In this document: piece by piece, positions 35,314 through 45,885 of the stretch
Numbering within the stretch: position 1 is the first letter of the stretch
How the letters are laid out: each line of letters begins with the position of its first letter
Origin: Saccharolobus solfataricus P2
GTDB taxonomy: Archaea > Thermoproteota > Thermoprotei_A > Sulfolobales > Sulfolobaceae
Strand: one strand, 5' to 3'
NCBI RefSeq assembly: GCF_000007005.1
Contig: NC_002754.1
Length of the DNA: 64,000 nucleotides
The notes under the pieces: generated by a model
Seen by the model: only the letters and a program-made list of their open reading frames with translations
Told to the model about the DNA's origin: nothing
Databases searched by the model: none
Position numbers and translations under genes: made by a program

Positions 35314-36018
35314 ATGCAAAAATTTAACAGTGTAAGGGAACTGTCACAAGATCTAAAAAACACCTTAATAGAGATAATAGTGTTAAGGGCAGACTTCGAA
35401 TTAGGCATGGTAGAACAAATTTCACCCTGGCTAGTTAACGCGCCAACAGTAGATGATAGATTATTTACGGCTAAGCTAGTTTCAGATGAGCTGAATCATG
35501 GTTGGCAACTAGTGAGATTACTGGAAGAGTTTAACGTTAAGGATAGAGTAGTTAAAATTGAAGAAGCTAGATTGGGAATCCATATGTTGGATATATCTAA
35601 TATGCCTCTATTTAACTGGGAAGATGTCATAGCGTTTGTATTTCTAGTAGATAGAGCTGGGTTATATCAGTTGAGAGTAATTAAGGATTGTTCATTTGAA
35701 CCATTAGCCAATTTGGCCTCTAGCATGATTAAGGAGGAAGAGAGCCATTTATTTTTCTCTAAAAACGTATTGAAGGCCTATCAGAATAAGAATAGGTTAC
35801 AAGCTGCGCTCAACTTCTGGTTCCCTAGAGCCTTAGAGATGCTATATAAAGTGAAATCCCTAAATGAGGTTCATCTTAGAGACCTTAACGTTTCCGAATT
35901 GATAAGTGATAAACTCATTGAAGACTACGTAAGATCGACTAATGATGAGATGAGGAATTTTGGATTTGTTGAAGTAAACTACGATAAAAATCTCCACTAT
36001 AATATTGTACTAAAATAA
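35314..36018 (+). CDS. Second ferritin-like epoxidase subunit (PaaC/PaaA-like)
   Basis: ADFE..., NAPTVDDR, DELNHG, DRAG, EEESH, NFWFPRAL; paralogous to the divergent 34442-35212 gene. Confidence 0.78.
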   Translation: MQKFNSVRELSQDLKNTLIEIIVLRADFELGMVEQISPWLVNAPTVDDRLFTAKLVSDELNHGWQLVRLLEEFNVKDRVVKIEEARLGIHMLDISNMPLFNWEDVIAFVFLVDRAGLYQLRVIKDCSFEPLANLASSMIKEEESHLFFSKNVLKAYQNKNRLQAALNFWFPRALEMLYKVKSLNEVHLRDLNVSELISDKLIEDYVRSTNDEMRNFGFVEVNYDKNLHYNIVLK

Positions 36019-36087
36019 ATTGCGAGATTTTAACGTACTAGATTAACAGCGTAAACTATATAAATTGGTTTAAAAAATTAAATAATA

Positions 36088-37682
36088 ATGACTGCTAAGT
36101 ATGGTAGAATTTTAAATGTAACTGATGCGTTGTTTTCAAAATGGGAAGATAGTGAGGCAGATAAAAGAATAGCAATTTATTATAAAGATGAAGTTTGGTC
36201 ATATCGCAAGGTAATAGAGGAAATAAATAGGGTAGGTAATGCCCTAAGGGAATTAGGAGTGGAGAAAGAAAATAGAATATTGATAATAGCGTATGATACA
36301 CCGTTCTTTATATCGATTTTCTATAGTGCCATGAAAATTGGTGCGATCCCGGTACCAGTTAACACTTATTTAAAACCAGAGGAGTATCTTTTCCTTTTGG
36401 AGGATACTGGAGCTAAGGTATTGGCAATTGAACCAGACATTTGGCCCAAGTTATCTCCATACCTTAAAGGTAGAGCTGATAAACTTAAACATGTTATAAT
36501 TTTGCCCAGTATATCAGAAACGCAGAAGATCACTTTCGAGGATCATAATCACAAGGCAGAGTTGAGTTTTTATCATGGACTTGTTTCTACAGCCTCCACT
36601 CACTTAGAAGCTGAAAAGACTTCTCCAAACGATATGGCGTTTTGGCTCTATACGTCAGGGACTACGGGACATCCTAAAGCAGCAGTTCACTTACATAAAG
36701 ACATATTAGTTGTTCTCGATACCTATGTGAAAAACGTTCTCAAAATCAGTGAAAAAGATAGACTATTCAGCGCCTCTAAACTATTTTTCGCTTATGGATT
36801 AGGAAATGGATCCTACTTCGCCTTTGGTAACGGTGCCTCGACAGTTCTGATGCCAGATAGAGTAGAACCAGAAGGGTATTGGAGACCATACATAAATACA
36901 AGCCTACTATCTTCTTTGGAGTGCCTACTTTATATAACGCAATGCTACATGTAGAGGATTGGAAGAATTACAACTTAACTAGTTTAAGATTTTGCGTTTC
37001 TGCTGGAGAACCCTTACCCCCGTTAATATATATTAAATGGAAAGAGAGATACGGCGTAGAAATTCTAGATGGTATTGGTTCCACTGAGGCACTTCACATA
37101 TATATCTCTAACATTCCAAGTAATTCTAAGCCTGGATGTACTGGGAAACCAGTCCCTGGATATGAGGTTAAAATAGTAGATGAAGATGGCAATGAGGTTC
37201 CTCCTAAAACTATAGGGGATCTCTACGTAAAAGGAGATAGTGTAGCCATGTTTTACTGGAATGATTACGAAAGTACTAGAAAGAACATGATGGGATCTTG
37301 GTTTAGAACTGGAGATAAGTTTTACAGAGATGACGAGGGATATTATTACTACGTTGGAAGGTCTGACGATATGGTTAAGACTGCGGGATTATGGGTTTCT
37401 CCAATAGAAGTGGAATCTGCGCTATTATCACATCCTGCAGTTCTTGAGGCTGCAGTTGTAGGTATTCCAGATGAAGTAGGATTAGTAAGGGTAGTTGGGT
37501 TTGTTACGCTAAAACAAGGGTATTCGCCAAGTAGTGAATTAGCTGAGGAGATAAGGAATTACCTTAGGGAAAAATTAGACCATTATAAGGTTCCTAAAGA
37601 AATAAGGTTTATTACGGAAATTCCTAAGACTGCAACCGGTAAGATACAACGATATAAGTTTAGGCTAGGGGAGATCAAATAA
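36088..37682 (+). pseudogene. Benzoate-CoA-ligase-family enzyme split by a -1 frameshift
   Basis: FWLYTSGTTGHPKA, FSASKLFFAYGLGN, SAGEPL, DGIGSTE, TGD, KTATGKIQR. Adding one A at about 36873 joins the two ORFs into 531 aa (EPERVLETIHKYKPT). Confidence 0.85.
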
Positions 37683-37794
37683 TTTATAAGGACAGTTAAA
37701 AAAGAAACTAACCCTTTGTAAACATGTCGATGAGCTTTATAACACTTGCTACAACTAAGAAAATTTTTTAGTATTAATTTAAAGGTTATTATTA

Positions 37795-38595
37795 ATGAAG
37801 ATACAGTCATTGTTCTTTACACTCTATGGAGATTATGTGAAGGATTCTGGAGGAACGATAAGTTCTAAAAGTCTAATCGTAATCTTTAAGGAATTTGGAT
37901 TTTCCGAAGGAGCAATAAGGGCAGGATTACATAGAATGAAGAAAGCAGGACTTATAGTAGGAATAAAAGGAGAAAATAGGAAAGTTAGCTACAAATTATC
38001 AGAAAAAGGTATGCTAAGATTATTGGAAGGAACTAGGAGGGTTTATGAAAAAGTTAGGAGAAGATGGGATAATAAGTGGAGGATAGTAGTATATAATATC
38101 CCAGAGAACAATAGAGAACTAAGAGATAAGTTAAGGAGAGAGCTGAAGTGGCTTGGATTTGGTATGTTAGCGCAATCGACGTGGATCTCACCAAACCCAA
38201 TTGAAGATACCTTAAAGAATTTCATTAACGATCACTATGGTTCATCTAATGGTATACAAGTAGACATTTTCGTTGCAAATTATCTAGGAGAACCTAAGGG
38301 ACTAGTAGAAAAATGTTGGAATTTATCTGAAGTTGAACAAGCTTATAGAGCGTTCTTAGAAAAATGGACTGGAGTACTAGAAAAGGTAAGTAGTCTAAAA
38401 AGTAATGAGGCGTTCGTAACTAGGATACTACTTGTCCACGAATATAGAAAATTTTTAAACATTGATCCAGATTTACCTGAGGATTTATTACCTCCAAATT
38501 GGATAGGGTATACAGCATATGATCTATTTATGAAATTAAGGGAGGAACTTACTCCTAAGGCTAACGAGTTCTTTTATAAGGTTTATGAACCATGA
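37795..38595 (+). CDS. paaX: PaaX-family transcriptional repressor
   Basis: SLFFTLYGDY, wHTH with RMKKAG, WDNKWRIVVYNIPE, LGFGML, DPDLPEDLLPPNWIG. Confidence 0.9.
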   Translation: MKIQSLFFTLYGDYVKDSGGTISSKSLIVIFKEFGFSEGAIRAGLHRMKKAGLIVGIKGENRKVSYKLSEKGMLRLLEGTRRVYEKVRRRWDNKWRIVVYNIPENNRELRDKLRRELKWLGFGMLAQSTWISPNPIEDTLKNFINDHYGSSNGIQVDIFVANYLGEPKGLVEKCWNLSEVEQAYRAFLEKWTGVLEKVSSLKSNEAFVTRILLVHEYRKFLNIDPDLPEDLLPPNWIGYTAYDLFMKLREELTPKANEFFYKVYEP

Positions 38596-38632
38596 AACAT
38601 TTTTATCCCCTCACATCATCTATTAAAATAAC

Positions 38633-39319
38633 ATGTGTAGAATGTTAGCATACCATGGAGATGATAAGGAGTACTTAAAGAGACTTACGAATTGCCTAGC
38701 TAAGGCATCACTAAATGACCCATTAACCAATGAAACCCATGGGGATGGCTGGGGAATTGTGGCAATTGCTAGTAATAATTTAATACATTACAGAAGCCAT
38801 CTCCCAATATTTAAGGACGAAAATCTAGAGAAAATCCTAAACTTGCTAGATGGTGAAATGAAAGTAATAATTCACGCTAGGCAAGCCAGTGATAAGAGAT
38901 TAATCTCCCCCTATTATTCCCATCCTTATTTAGAAAGTACTCCAAAATCAATACTATTCTTAGCCCATAATGGTAGTGTCGATAAATACAAATTGGGTAA
39001 TGTACTAGGAATAGACCCCATGCTAATGGTAGACTCAGAACTTGTTGCCAAATATTTTGCAACATACAGCATTAAAGAGATTGACAAGTTGCAGGACGTT
39101 ACACAATCCGCATTAAATCTGCTAATCATGGAGATAAATAGGATTGATAGATCCTCTACTATCTACTTCTATAACTATTATAGAAAGGATAGGATAAAAA
39201 GAAAGGAAGAGTACTATAAGTTATATTTTAATAAAGGTGCTATCTACTCTTCATCTTTAGCCTATACTGGTTGTGAAAAAGGTGAGGAGGTTAAGTTCGG
39301 TAATCTGGGAGAGCTATAA
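38633..39319 (+). CDS. Class II (Ntn) glutamine amidotransferase-like protein (YafJ/EgtC-like)
   Basis: N-terminal MCRML, HGDGWG, HARQAS, HP, LAHNGSV, DSE. Confidence 0.85.
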   Translation: MCRMLAYHGDDKEYLKRLTNCLAKASLNDPLTNETHGDGWGIVAIASNNLIHYRSHLPIFKDENLEKILNLLDGEMKVIIHARQASDKRLISPYYSHPYLESTPKSILFLAHNGSVDKYKLGNVLGIDPMLMVDSELVAKYFATYSIKEIDKLQDVTQSALNLLIMEINRIDRSSTIYFYNYYRKDRIKRKEEYYKLYFNKGAIYSSSLAYTGCEKGEEVKFGNLGEL

Positions 39320-39645
39320 TGAGTAACATTTTACTGAGGATACTCTGGAGTTAGGTTTTAACTAGAGTATCTTTGGAAGAGGCTAGAAATATTAACGCTA
39401 AATTTAGTATTTACGCTAAAAATAGGGAAGGTGTCGCAACAGTAGATCTAGATAGAATAATAGAGGCAAGAGATATGATGAGAGGACCAGTAATTATAGT
39501 TAATGGCGGTTTAGGAAGTAAGGAGCTCATAAAGGATAAGAGTTTTGGCGTTAAGGATTGGGAGGAAGCCTTGGATAGTATAAATGAGATTTTTGAGGAG
39601 GAAAATGAGTTTGAACTCATATATGGGAGATTGCTAAGAGTTTAA
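39319..39645 (+). pseudogene. Hypothetical gene with an internal nonsense codon
   Basis: ATG 39319 is in frame with ORF 39373-39645 but interrupted by TAG at 39352-39354. Confidence 0.35.
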
Positions 39646-39865
39646 GATGGAAAACCACGCCGAAAGGTTAAAGGAATTGATGGAAGAGGCTAGTTTGCGT
39701 TGAGAATAGAGGAGTTAAAAACCAAACCTCCCTCATTAAGAGAATATCTTAACGTTAAACCTTCAAATTTCCCGTCTATATTATTCCTATTTTAAAACAT
39801 ACATTAACTTGAGGTATTTTAACAGATTTCTTAAAATAAATGAATGATATACCAAACTACTAAAG

Positions 39866-40174
39866 GTGGAATATGATGACATGACTTCAGCCTATGAGAG
39901 TAAGGGTAACAAGATTGTGGTTGACGCAGTTACTTTAGACTCTCTTGGCCTAAAAAAGGTAAAATTATTAAAGATTGATGTCGAGCGTGGTGAATTGGAA
40001 GTATTGAAAGGAACCACGAATACCTTAGATATAACTGATAAAATTTTGATAGAAGTTAGGAAGGAGTTAGAAAAAGATATAAACTCGTTATTACGTGCAA
40101 AGGGATTTAAACTAGTTAAAGTCTACATGACTTATGATAATATTGGAAATTTCTTATATAAGAGAGCTTTATAG
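39866..40174 (+). pseudogene. C-terminal fragment of a FkbM-family methyltransferase
   Basis: VTLDSL...LLKIDVERGELEVLKG...ILIEV motif; the N-terminal SAM-binding part is absent. Confidence 0.7.
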
Positions 40175-40291
40175 CAATTATTGAATAGTTAAAACACTTT
40201 TTATATATTACATTCATCTAAGATTTAGTATTTCTATGAAAATACAGAGCCTTACAGTTAACTTTTTAACTATCACATTCTAATATCCCTC

Positions 40292-41959
40292 ATGGATCTA
40301 TCGAAGCTACTGGAACCAATAAGAATTGGAGATATTGTTTTAAAGAATAGAATAGCCATGTCACCAATGATCAGTAATCTAGGTACGCCGGAGGGTTATC
40401 CTAGTGATGCTCATATAGCTTACTTAGCTGAGAGAGCTAAGGGAGGAGTTGGGTTAATAATAACAGAATACACATACGTTAATCACGTAGACGCTAGGGG
40501 ATCAGTTAACGAACTGGGAATGGATTCAGATGAGTTAACGCCAAAGTTCATGAGGTTAACTGAGTTAATTCACGCTTTGGGAAGTAAGATTTTTGTGCAA
40601 CTAGTTCACGTTGGTAGGAAGACTAGAAAGGATATAATTTGGGGTAACAAACCAATAGCCCCTTCTCCCATTCCTATAATGGACGAAGTAAGGGAGATGA
40701 CTAAGGAGGATATAGAGAGGGTTAAAAACGATTTCATAGACGCATCAATAAGAGCTAAGAGGGCTGGATTTGACGGAATAGAACTTCATGGAGCTCATGG
40801 GTATCTATTAGCCCAATTCTTATCTCCCGCGACAAATAAGAGGAATGATGAGTACAAAGATGGTGTAAGGTTTATAGAGGAAATCCTTAAGGGCATAAAG
40901 GAAAAAGCTAAAATCACTGTAGGTATAAGAATCAGTGTAACCGAATTCGACAATGAGGGCTTAACTCCAGAAATTGTTGCTGAAATAGGTAAAAAGTTGG
41001 AGAAGGCTGGGATAGATTATATTCACTTATCAGCTGGAAGAGATGGTCCTTTGGGTTCCAGCATGCCATACTACTATAAGAGATTGGCATTTCTTGAAGA
41101 GGCAAAGGTAGTAAGGGATGCAGTTAATATTCCAATATTTCTTGTTGGATCTGTGATAACTCCAGTAGATGCGATTAAGGCGAGAGAAATTGCTGACGTC
41201 GTTGTATTAGGAAGACAATTATTAGCCGATCCCTATTGGCTAGAGAAAGCTAAAAGGGATCTACCAATAAGACCATGTATTAGGTGTAATCAGACATGTA
41301 GAGGGGTTGTATATAAAGAGGTAAGATGTGATGTCAACCCCGAATTAGGATGGGAGTTGTTACCACCATTAGAGAAGGGCAAGGGAGAGGTTATTGTAGT
41401 GGGAGGAGGCGTAATGGGTTTAGAAGCTGCTAGAGTCTTAGCTTTGAGGGGCTTCACGGTAACTTTATATGAGCAAAACAATAAGTTAGGAGGACAGTTC
41501 CTACTTTACAAGGATCCTTGGAAAGTTAAGGAGTTCCAAGAGTTAATTAATTACTATGAGAGGGAGTTAAAGAGACTTAATGTTGAGGTTAAGCTTAACT
41601 CTAAGATTGAGTGCTCTGACTGTATAATGGCTATACCTGACTATGAAATACCTAAAATGCCCGACGTCAAGGGAGAAAAATTGCTGATAGATTCTAACCT
41701 TTACGTTTATCATGACTATGCGTTTGAGCTAGCTAAATATAATGAGATTTACATTACTGAGAGATCGTTTAAGGGATTGGATAGAACTAGGGAGTACCTC
41801 CTAAGAAAGGAGTTAAGTGAAGTTGGTGTGAAGTTCTTAGAGGAAAAAAATAGTATGAAGTTTGACGTGGAAATACATAATATTGCTGATGACCAGCCGA
41901 GTATTGGTAAGGCTATACAAAGAGGTTATTGGTTAGGTAGAACTTTCAAGTCATATTAA
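40292..41959 (+). CDS. NADH:flavin oxidoreductase (Old Yellow Enzyme / 2,4-dienoyl-CoA-reductase-like) with 4Fe-4S and FAD domains
   Basis: LKNRIAMSPM, ERAKGGVGLII, GFDGIELHGAHGYLLAQF, CIRCNQTC...C, VVGGGVMGLEAA. Confidence 0.9.
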   Translation: MDLSKLLEPIRIGDIVLKNRIAMSPMISNLGTPEGYPSDAHIAYLAERAKGGVGLIITEYTYVNHVDARGSVNELGMDSDELTPKFMRLTELIHALGSKIFVQLVHVGRKTRKDIIWGNKPIAPSPIPIMDEVREMTKEDIERVKNDFIDASIRAKRAGFDGIELHGAHGYLLAQFLSPATNKRNDEYKDGVRFIEEILKGIKEKAKITVGIRISVTEFDNEGLTPEIVAEIGKKLEKAGIDYIHLSAGRDGPLGSSMPYYYKRLAFLEEAKVVRDAVNIPIFLVGSVITPVDAIKAREIADVVVLGRQLLADPYWLEKAKRDLPIRPCIRCNQTCRGVVYKEVRCDVNPELGWELLPPLEKGKGEVIVVGGGVMGLEAARVLALRGFTVTLYEQNNKLGGQFLLYKDPWKVKEFQELINYYERELKRLNVEVKLNSKIECSDCIMAIPDYEIPKMPDVKGEKLLIDSNLYVYHDYAFELAKYNEIYITERSFKGLDRTREYLLRKELSEVGVKFLEEKNSMKFDVEIHNIADDQPSIGKAIQRGYWLGRTFKSY

Positions 41960-42169
41960 AAACATTTCATCACGTTTTTTCAGTCCTGGCCACTTTAATC
42001 ATTCAAATGACATATTGTGTTAACTCTTTTTAAAACTTATGAAGAATATGGTCGGAAACGACTATTTTATTTTGCTAATTATCAGACCAAACACAATATT
42101 TGCTCAACAAAACAACGATATAAATAAGAAAAACAAAAAGAATTTAGCTTTTAATACTCATTCATTAGC

Positions 42170-42370
<201 letters not shown>

Positions 42371-42573
42371 TCAAGATATCCTTATGTTATTCTCTTAAAT
42401 ATACTTTACGGTTTTAACTCAAGTATAACTTAAGGTAATATCATAAGACTAAAAAGAGTTAATCCTTTAAGAGAAGAATATAACTTATTTTCAGAAATAT
42501 AGGTTCTAAATAACAAACATTCAAAAAGCTTAATTTAGAAGAAGATAGAAATTTAAAAAGGTTTTAGTTAAGG

Positions 42574-42768
42574 TTAGGAATACCAGATCCAACCATAATA
42601 AGATTTCTTTTCTTTTTGCAATGAACGCCACTCTTCTGGAAACTCATTTCTCAAGTATTCCTCTGGTAATCTAGCCATGTCGTAAGTAATGGGAGTGTTA
42701 ACTCTAGAATTGTCATTCTTTTTATCTTCTTTCTTGTGACTAATTTTGAGACCTATCATATATTTCAC
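42574..42768 (-). CDS. Small hypothetical protein
   Basis: 64-aa ORF with no competing ORF; no recognisable motif. Confidence 0.4.
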   Translation of the reverse strand: MKYMIGLKISHKKEDKKNDNSRVNTPITYDMARLPEEYLRNEFPEEWRSLQKEKKSYYGWIWYS

Positions 42769-42921
42769 CCTAACTATATATAAGTCTTCTAATTTATAAA
42801 CTTATCTAACATAAGTTAAAAGGGTTAAAACGTATAAAACCTTAGGAATACTTTCCCATCTTCAATGAATAATACTTTCAGTGTACTGGATCTAATTCTT
42901 TTTTGAAGAAACGATAATGAG

Positions 42922-43140
42922 ATGTACCCATACTTGATTGGAATAACTAGGAACACTTATTACATAGCGATGGAATCTGAGAGGAACCCATTAGAGTCAT
43001 ACCTAGTAAGGATAGTGTACAAGGATAAAAGCGTAATCAATTATTCGTGTAGTTGCAAGGGATTTGCAATGAGAGGAAAATGCAAACACATAGCAATTGC
43101 TAAAAATAAGGTGAGATTTATAAGCGAGGAGAGGGTATGA
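42922..43140 (+). CDS. SWIM zinc-finger protein
   Basis: YSCSCKGFAMRGKCKHI fits CxCx(n)CxH. Confidence 0.8.
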   Translation: MYPYLIGITRNTYYIAMESERNPLESYLVRIVYKDKSVINYSCSCKGFAMRGKCKHIAIAKNKVRFISEERV

Positions 43141-43667
43141 ATCTTGTGAGGCTCAGAACCCATTACATCTTCTCAACCGGTTTATTAACGCTTCTGGACT
43201 CTGTACTCTTTCATGAATATTTTTACTACGCTTTAATCTTGAGCGGAATAGTTTCGGTAATAGGTAATTCCTTGATTGATAGGATTGGCCATAAGGAGAT
43301 TGCCACTAGGTATGGGTATATCCCGGTAAGGACACCTTTAACCCATACAATTCCTAGAAGTGTAGTTTGGGGTATTGTCTCCGTAGTCCCGGTCTTTATT
43401 CTCTTATTGATTTATTATTATGGGTTTAGCTATCACGAGTACTATTTCTCCCTTAGCAATAAGGTGGTGTTGTTAATATTGTTAAATGGTGTAGTTGTTG
43501 GGCCCTCTCATTTGTTCCTGGACGTATTTACGGAAAGGGGAATTTACGTTAAAAAATACGGTAGATGGAGAAGATTTGCCTTGGCACATTTCAGATATGA
43601 TAACCCCTTAGTAAACGGTTTAGCAATAATAGCTGGTGCCGTAATGATATATCTGGCTTATCTCTGA
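43137..43667 (+). CDS. DUF1286-like membrane metal-dependent hydrolase
   Basis: RLRTHYIF, LIDRIGH, RTPLTHT, SHLFLDVFTE; overlaps the SWIM gene stop (ATGA). Confidence 0.7.
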   Translation: MNLVRLRTHYIFSTGLLTLLDSVLFHEYFYYALILSGIVSVIGNSLIDRIGHKEIATRYGYIPVRTPLTHTIPRSVVWGIVSVVPVFILLLIYYYGFSYHEYYFSLSNKVVLLILLNGVVVGPSHLFLDVFTERGIYVKKYGRWRRFALAHFRYDNPLVNGLAIIAGAVMIYLAYL

Positions 43668-43760
43668 GAGCTTCGCCTTTAAGAAAAAGCTAGTTCTGAT
43701 ATCTTCCACGCCTTAAAAGGCAAGAGTTACGCTTATCCATTCGGGTCTACATCTTTAATA

Positions 43761-44330
43761 TTAACTAATTTGTTGCACTACAGCCCATCTCTCCATTAAA
43801 TTCTTTCCTTCTCTTATTATCTTAAATTGACCAAGTATTTTCTTCCATTCGTCTCCACTAACATCCATTTTATCCTTTATGAGAAAGCTTCTTGTAACGC
43901 TTATGTAAGCTAAACCATTATCCTTTAGAATCCTCTTAATTTCCTTTATAGCGCCATTGTGGTCTGAAGTACAACACAGCATTAGGTTAGAGAAAACAAA
44001 GTCAATACTTTTATCTTTAATAAATTCCAGTTTTTGAGCTGGAGCTACATACGGTATAACGTTATTCAAAGACAACTTTTGGACTTTTTCCTTTAATCTT
44101 CTTATTGCCCTCTCGTCAGGATCTACTGCGTAAACGGTTTTCACAATTCTAGCGAGGATTGTAGTGAAGAACCCAGGACCACATCCCAAATCCACTACCG
44201 TGTAGTCTTCTTTTAGATATTTCACGAATCTTGATAGTATCCTATTAGGAGGTGAAACCAAAGACCTTAAAGAATTATCAAGAACTAGTGGATTAATGTA
44301 TCTATCGTTTTTGCTCATTAATGTGTACAT
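43761..44330 (-). CDS. Class I SAM-dependent methyltransferase
   Basis: [22 protein letters not shown]. Confidence 0.88.
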   Translation of the reverse strand: MYTLMSKNDRYINPLVLDNSLRSLVSPPNRILSRFVKYLKEDYTVVDLGCGPGFFTTILARIVKTVYAVDPDERAIRRLKEKVQKLSLNNVIPYVAPAQKLEFIKDKSIDFVFSNLMLCCTSDHNGAIKEIKRILKDNGLAYISVTRSFLIKDKMDVSGDEWKKILGQFKIIREGKNLMERWAVVQQIS

Positions 44331-44408
44331 TTCTCTCTATCTAATTAAATTTTTCCCAATATTTAAAGGGGAACAAAAGTATATAACCTTAAAAATTAGT
44401 GAAAACAC

Positions 44409-45047
44409 GTGTATAGAGCGATTTTCGTAGACTTTGGAAACACGCTAGTTGGTTTTAAACCAGCATTTTATGAGAAATTACAAACTATTCTGAGAGAACA
44501 CGGTTATGATGTTGACATTAGAAGGGTCTTCAGAGCTTATGTGAAAGCCATGGCTGTTAATAACTATTCCCAACCAACTGATATTAAGGAATTCCTATAT
44601 AATTTGAATATTCCTCCAAGTGATAGATTGATCAGCCATATAAGGGGTTCTGATATAAGGGACGGGGAAGCGTTCATATATGATGATGTGATGGAATTTT
44701 TAGAAACTATTAGAAGTACCAACACTAAATTAATCTTATTAAGCAACTCATCACCTAGGACTAAAAAGTTGTTGGAAGAATTGGGATTAGTAAAGTACTT
44801 TGATGACTTAGTCTTATCTCACGAGATTGGTATTGTTAAGCCTAATCCTAAAATCTTCGCCATTGCAATTTTAAAGGGCGGATATCCAGCTTTGCATATA
44901 GGGGATATATATGAAATTGATTACGTGGGAGCTAGGAGAAGCTATGTAGATGCGATATTGTTGGACAGATACGACTTTTATCCAGAGATCAAGGAAAAGG
45001 TAAGGAATTTAAGAGAGATAATTCCAATGGTCACGAAAAATCTCTAA
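44409..45047 (+). CDS. HAD-superfamily hydrolase
   Basis: DFGNTLV motif [24 protein letters not shown]. Confidence 0.9.
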   Translation: MYRAIFVDFGNTLVGFKPAFYEKLQTILREHGYDVDIRRVFRAYVKAMAVNNYSQPTDIKEFLYNLNIPPSDRLISHIRGSDIRDGEAFIYDDVMEFLETIRSTNTKLILLSNSSPRTKKLLEELGLVKYFDDLVLSHEIGIVKPNPKIFAIAILKGGYPALHIGDIYEIDYVGARRSYVDAILLDRYDFYPEIKEKVRNLREIIPMVTKNL

Positions 45048-45136
45048 ATTTCAGGTAGATATTACCAAAAGTAAACTATATAGTTTATAATATCAATATA
45101 GGAAATCCTTTTAAATATTTGTGCCAGAAATTAAAT

Positions 45137-45885
45137 ATGGCATTCAATGGGATAAAATTCGATACTTCTGTTCCAGGTATGGTGCCTTGGGAGATAGTTA
45201 CTATCTACTTTATAGTAGGGCTTGCAATAGTATTTTACTTCGCTAGGAGATTCGGCTTAAAGAGTTTTACAACAATTGATTTAGTTTACATTGCAGTGGG
45301 AGCAGCTTTTAGCGTGGTTTGGGAATTCTATATAGGTAGTTTCATTGGTAGATTTTTACCTAGTACACCTTTCATAGGAGTAGGATTTTGGGGGAGAATG
45401 TTCATTCTCCTTATTGTAGCTGCCTTAGTTAGAAAACCAGGTACTGGGATACTGAGTTTACTGATCTTTAATATACTGTCAGATTTATTCTTCTATGGTT
45501 TTGGCGGAGAACCCATGTATACAATTTATGAAGCCCTAACTTATGGATTATTTCTTGACCTTGTAATTGTAGCTAGTAGGGGAAAATTATTCGGTATTGG
45601 ATATAAAAGTAGCAATGGGTCATCTGTGTCAACTAAAACTGTTGTGGGATTGGCAATATTAGAAGGTATAATAATTGGTATATTGTTTGCAATTCCAGAC
45701 CCAATCTTTTATCAATTCCAGACCCAATCTTTTATCTTGGCTTCTTTAGGCCCTTAATAAGTGGGGCTATAGTGAACTGGGCTACTATACAATTTGACTT
45801 TCTAGCCTTTATACCTGGAGATGTGGTCATAGGAATTTTAGGAGCTTTAGCCGGGCAGAGGATAGCTAAAGCGGTGGGACAGTGA
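45137..45885 (+). pseudogene. ECF-transporter substrate-binding (S) component, frameshifted by a 23-bp tandem duplication
   Basis: AATTCCAGACCCAATCTTTTATC occurs at 45691-45713 and 45714-45736; removing one copy gives a 241-aa membrane protein whose TGA (45883-45885) overlaps the ATPase GTG. Confidence 0.85.

Noticed and set aside
36860-36890. Programmed -1 ribosomal frameshift in the CoA ligase
   Set aside because: No slippery heptamer or obvious downstream structure; a simple indel is more parsimonious.
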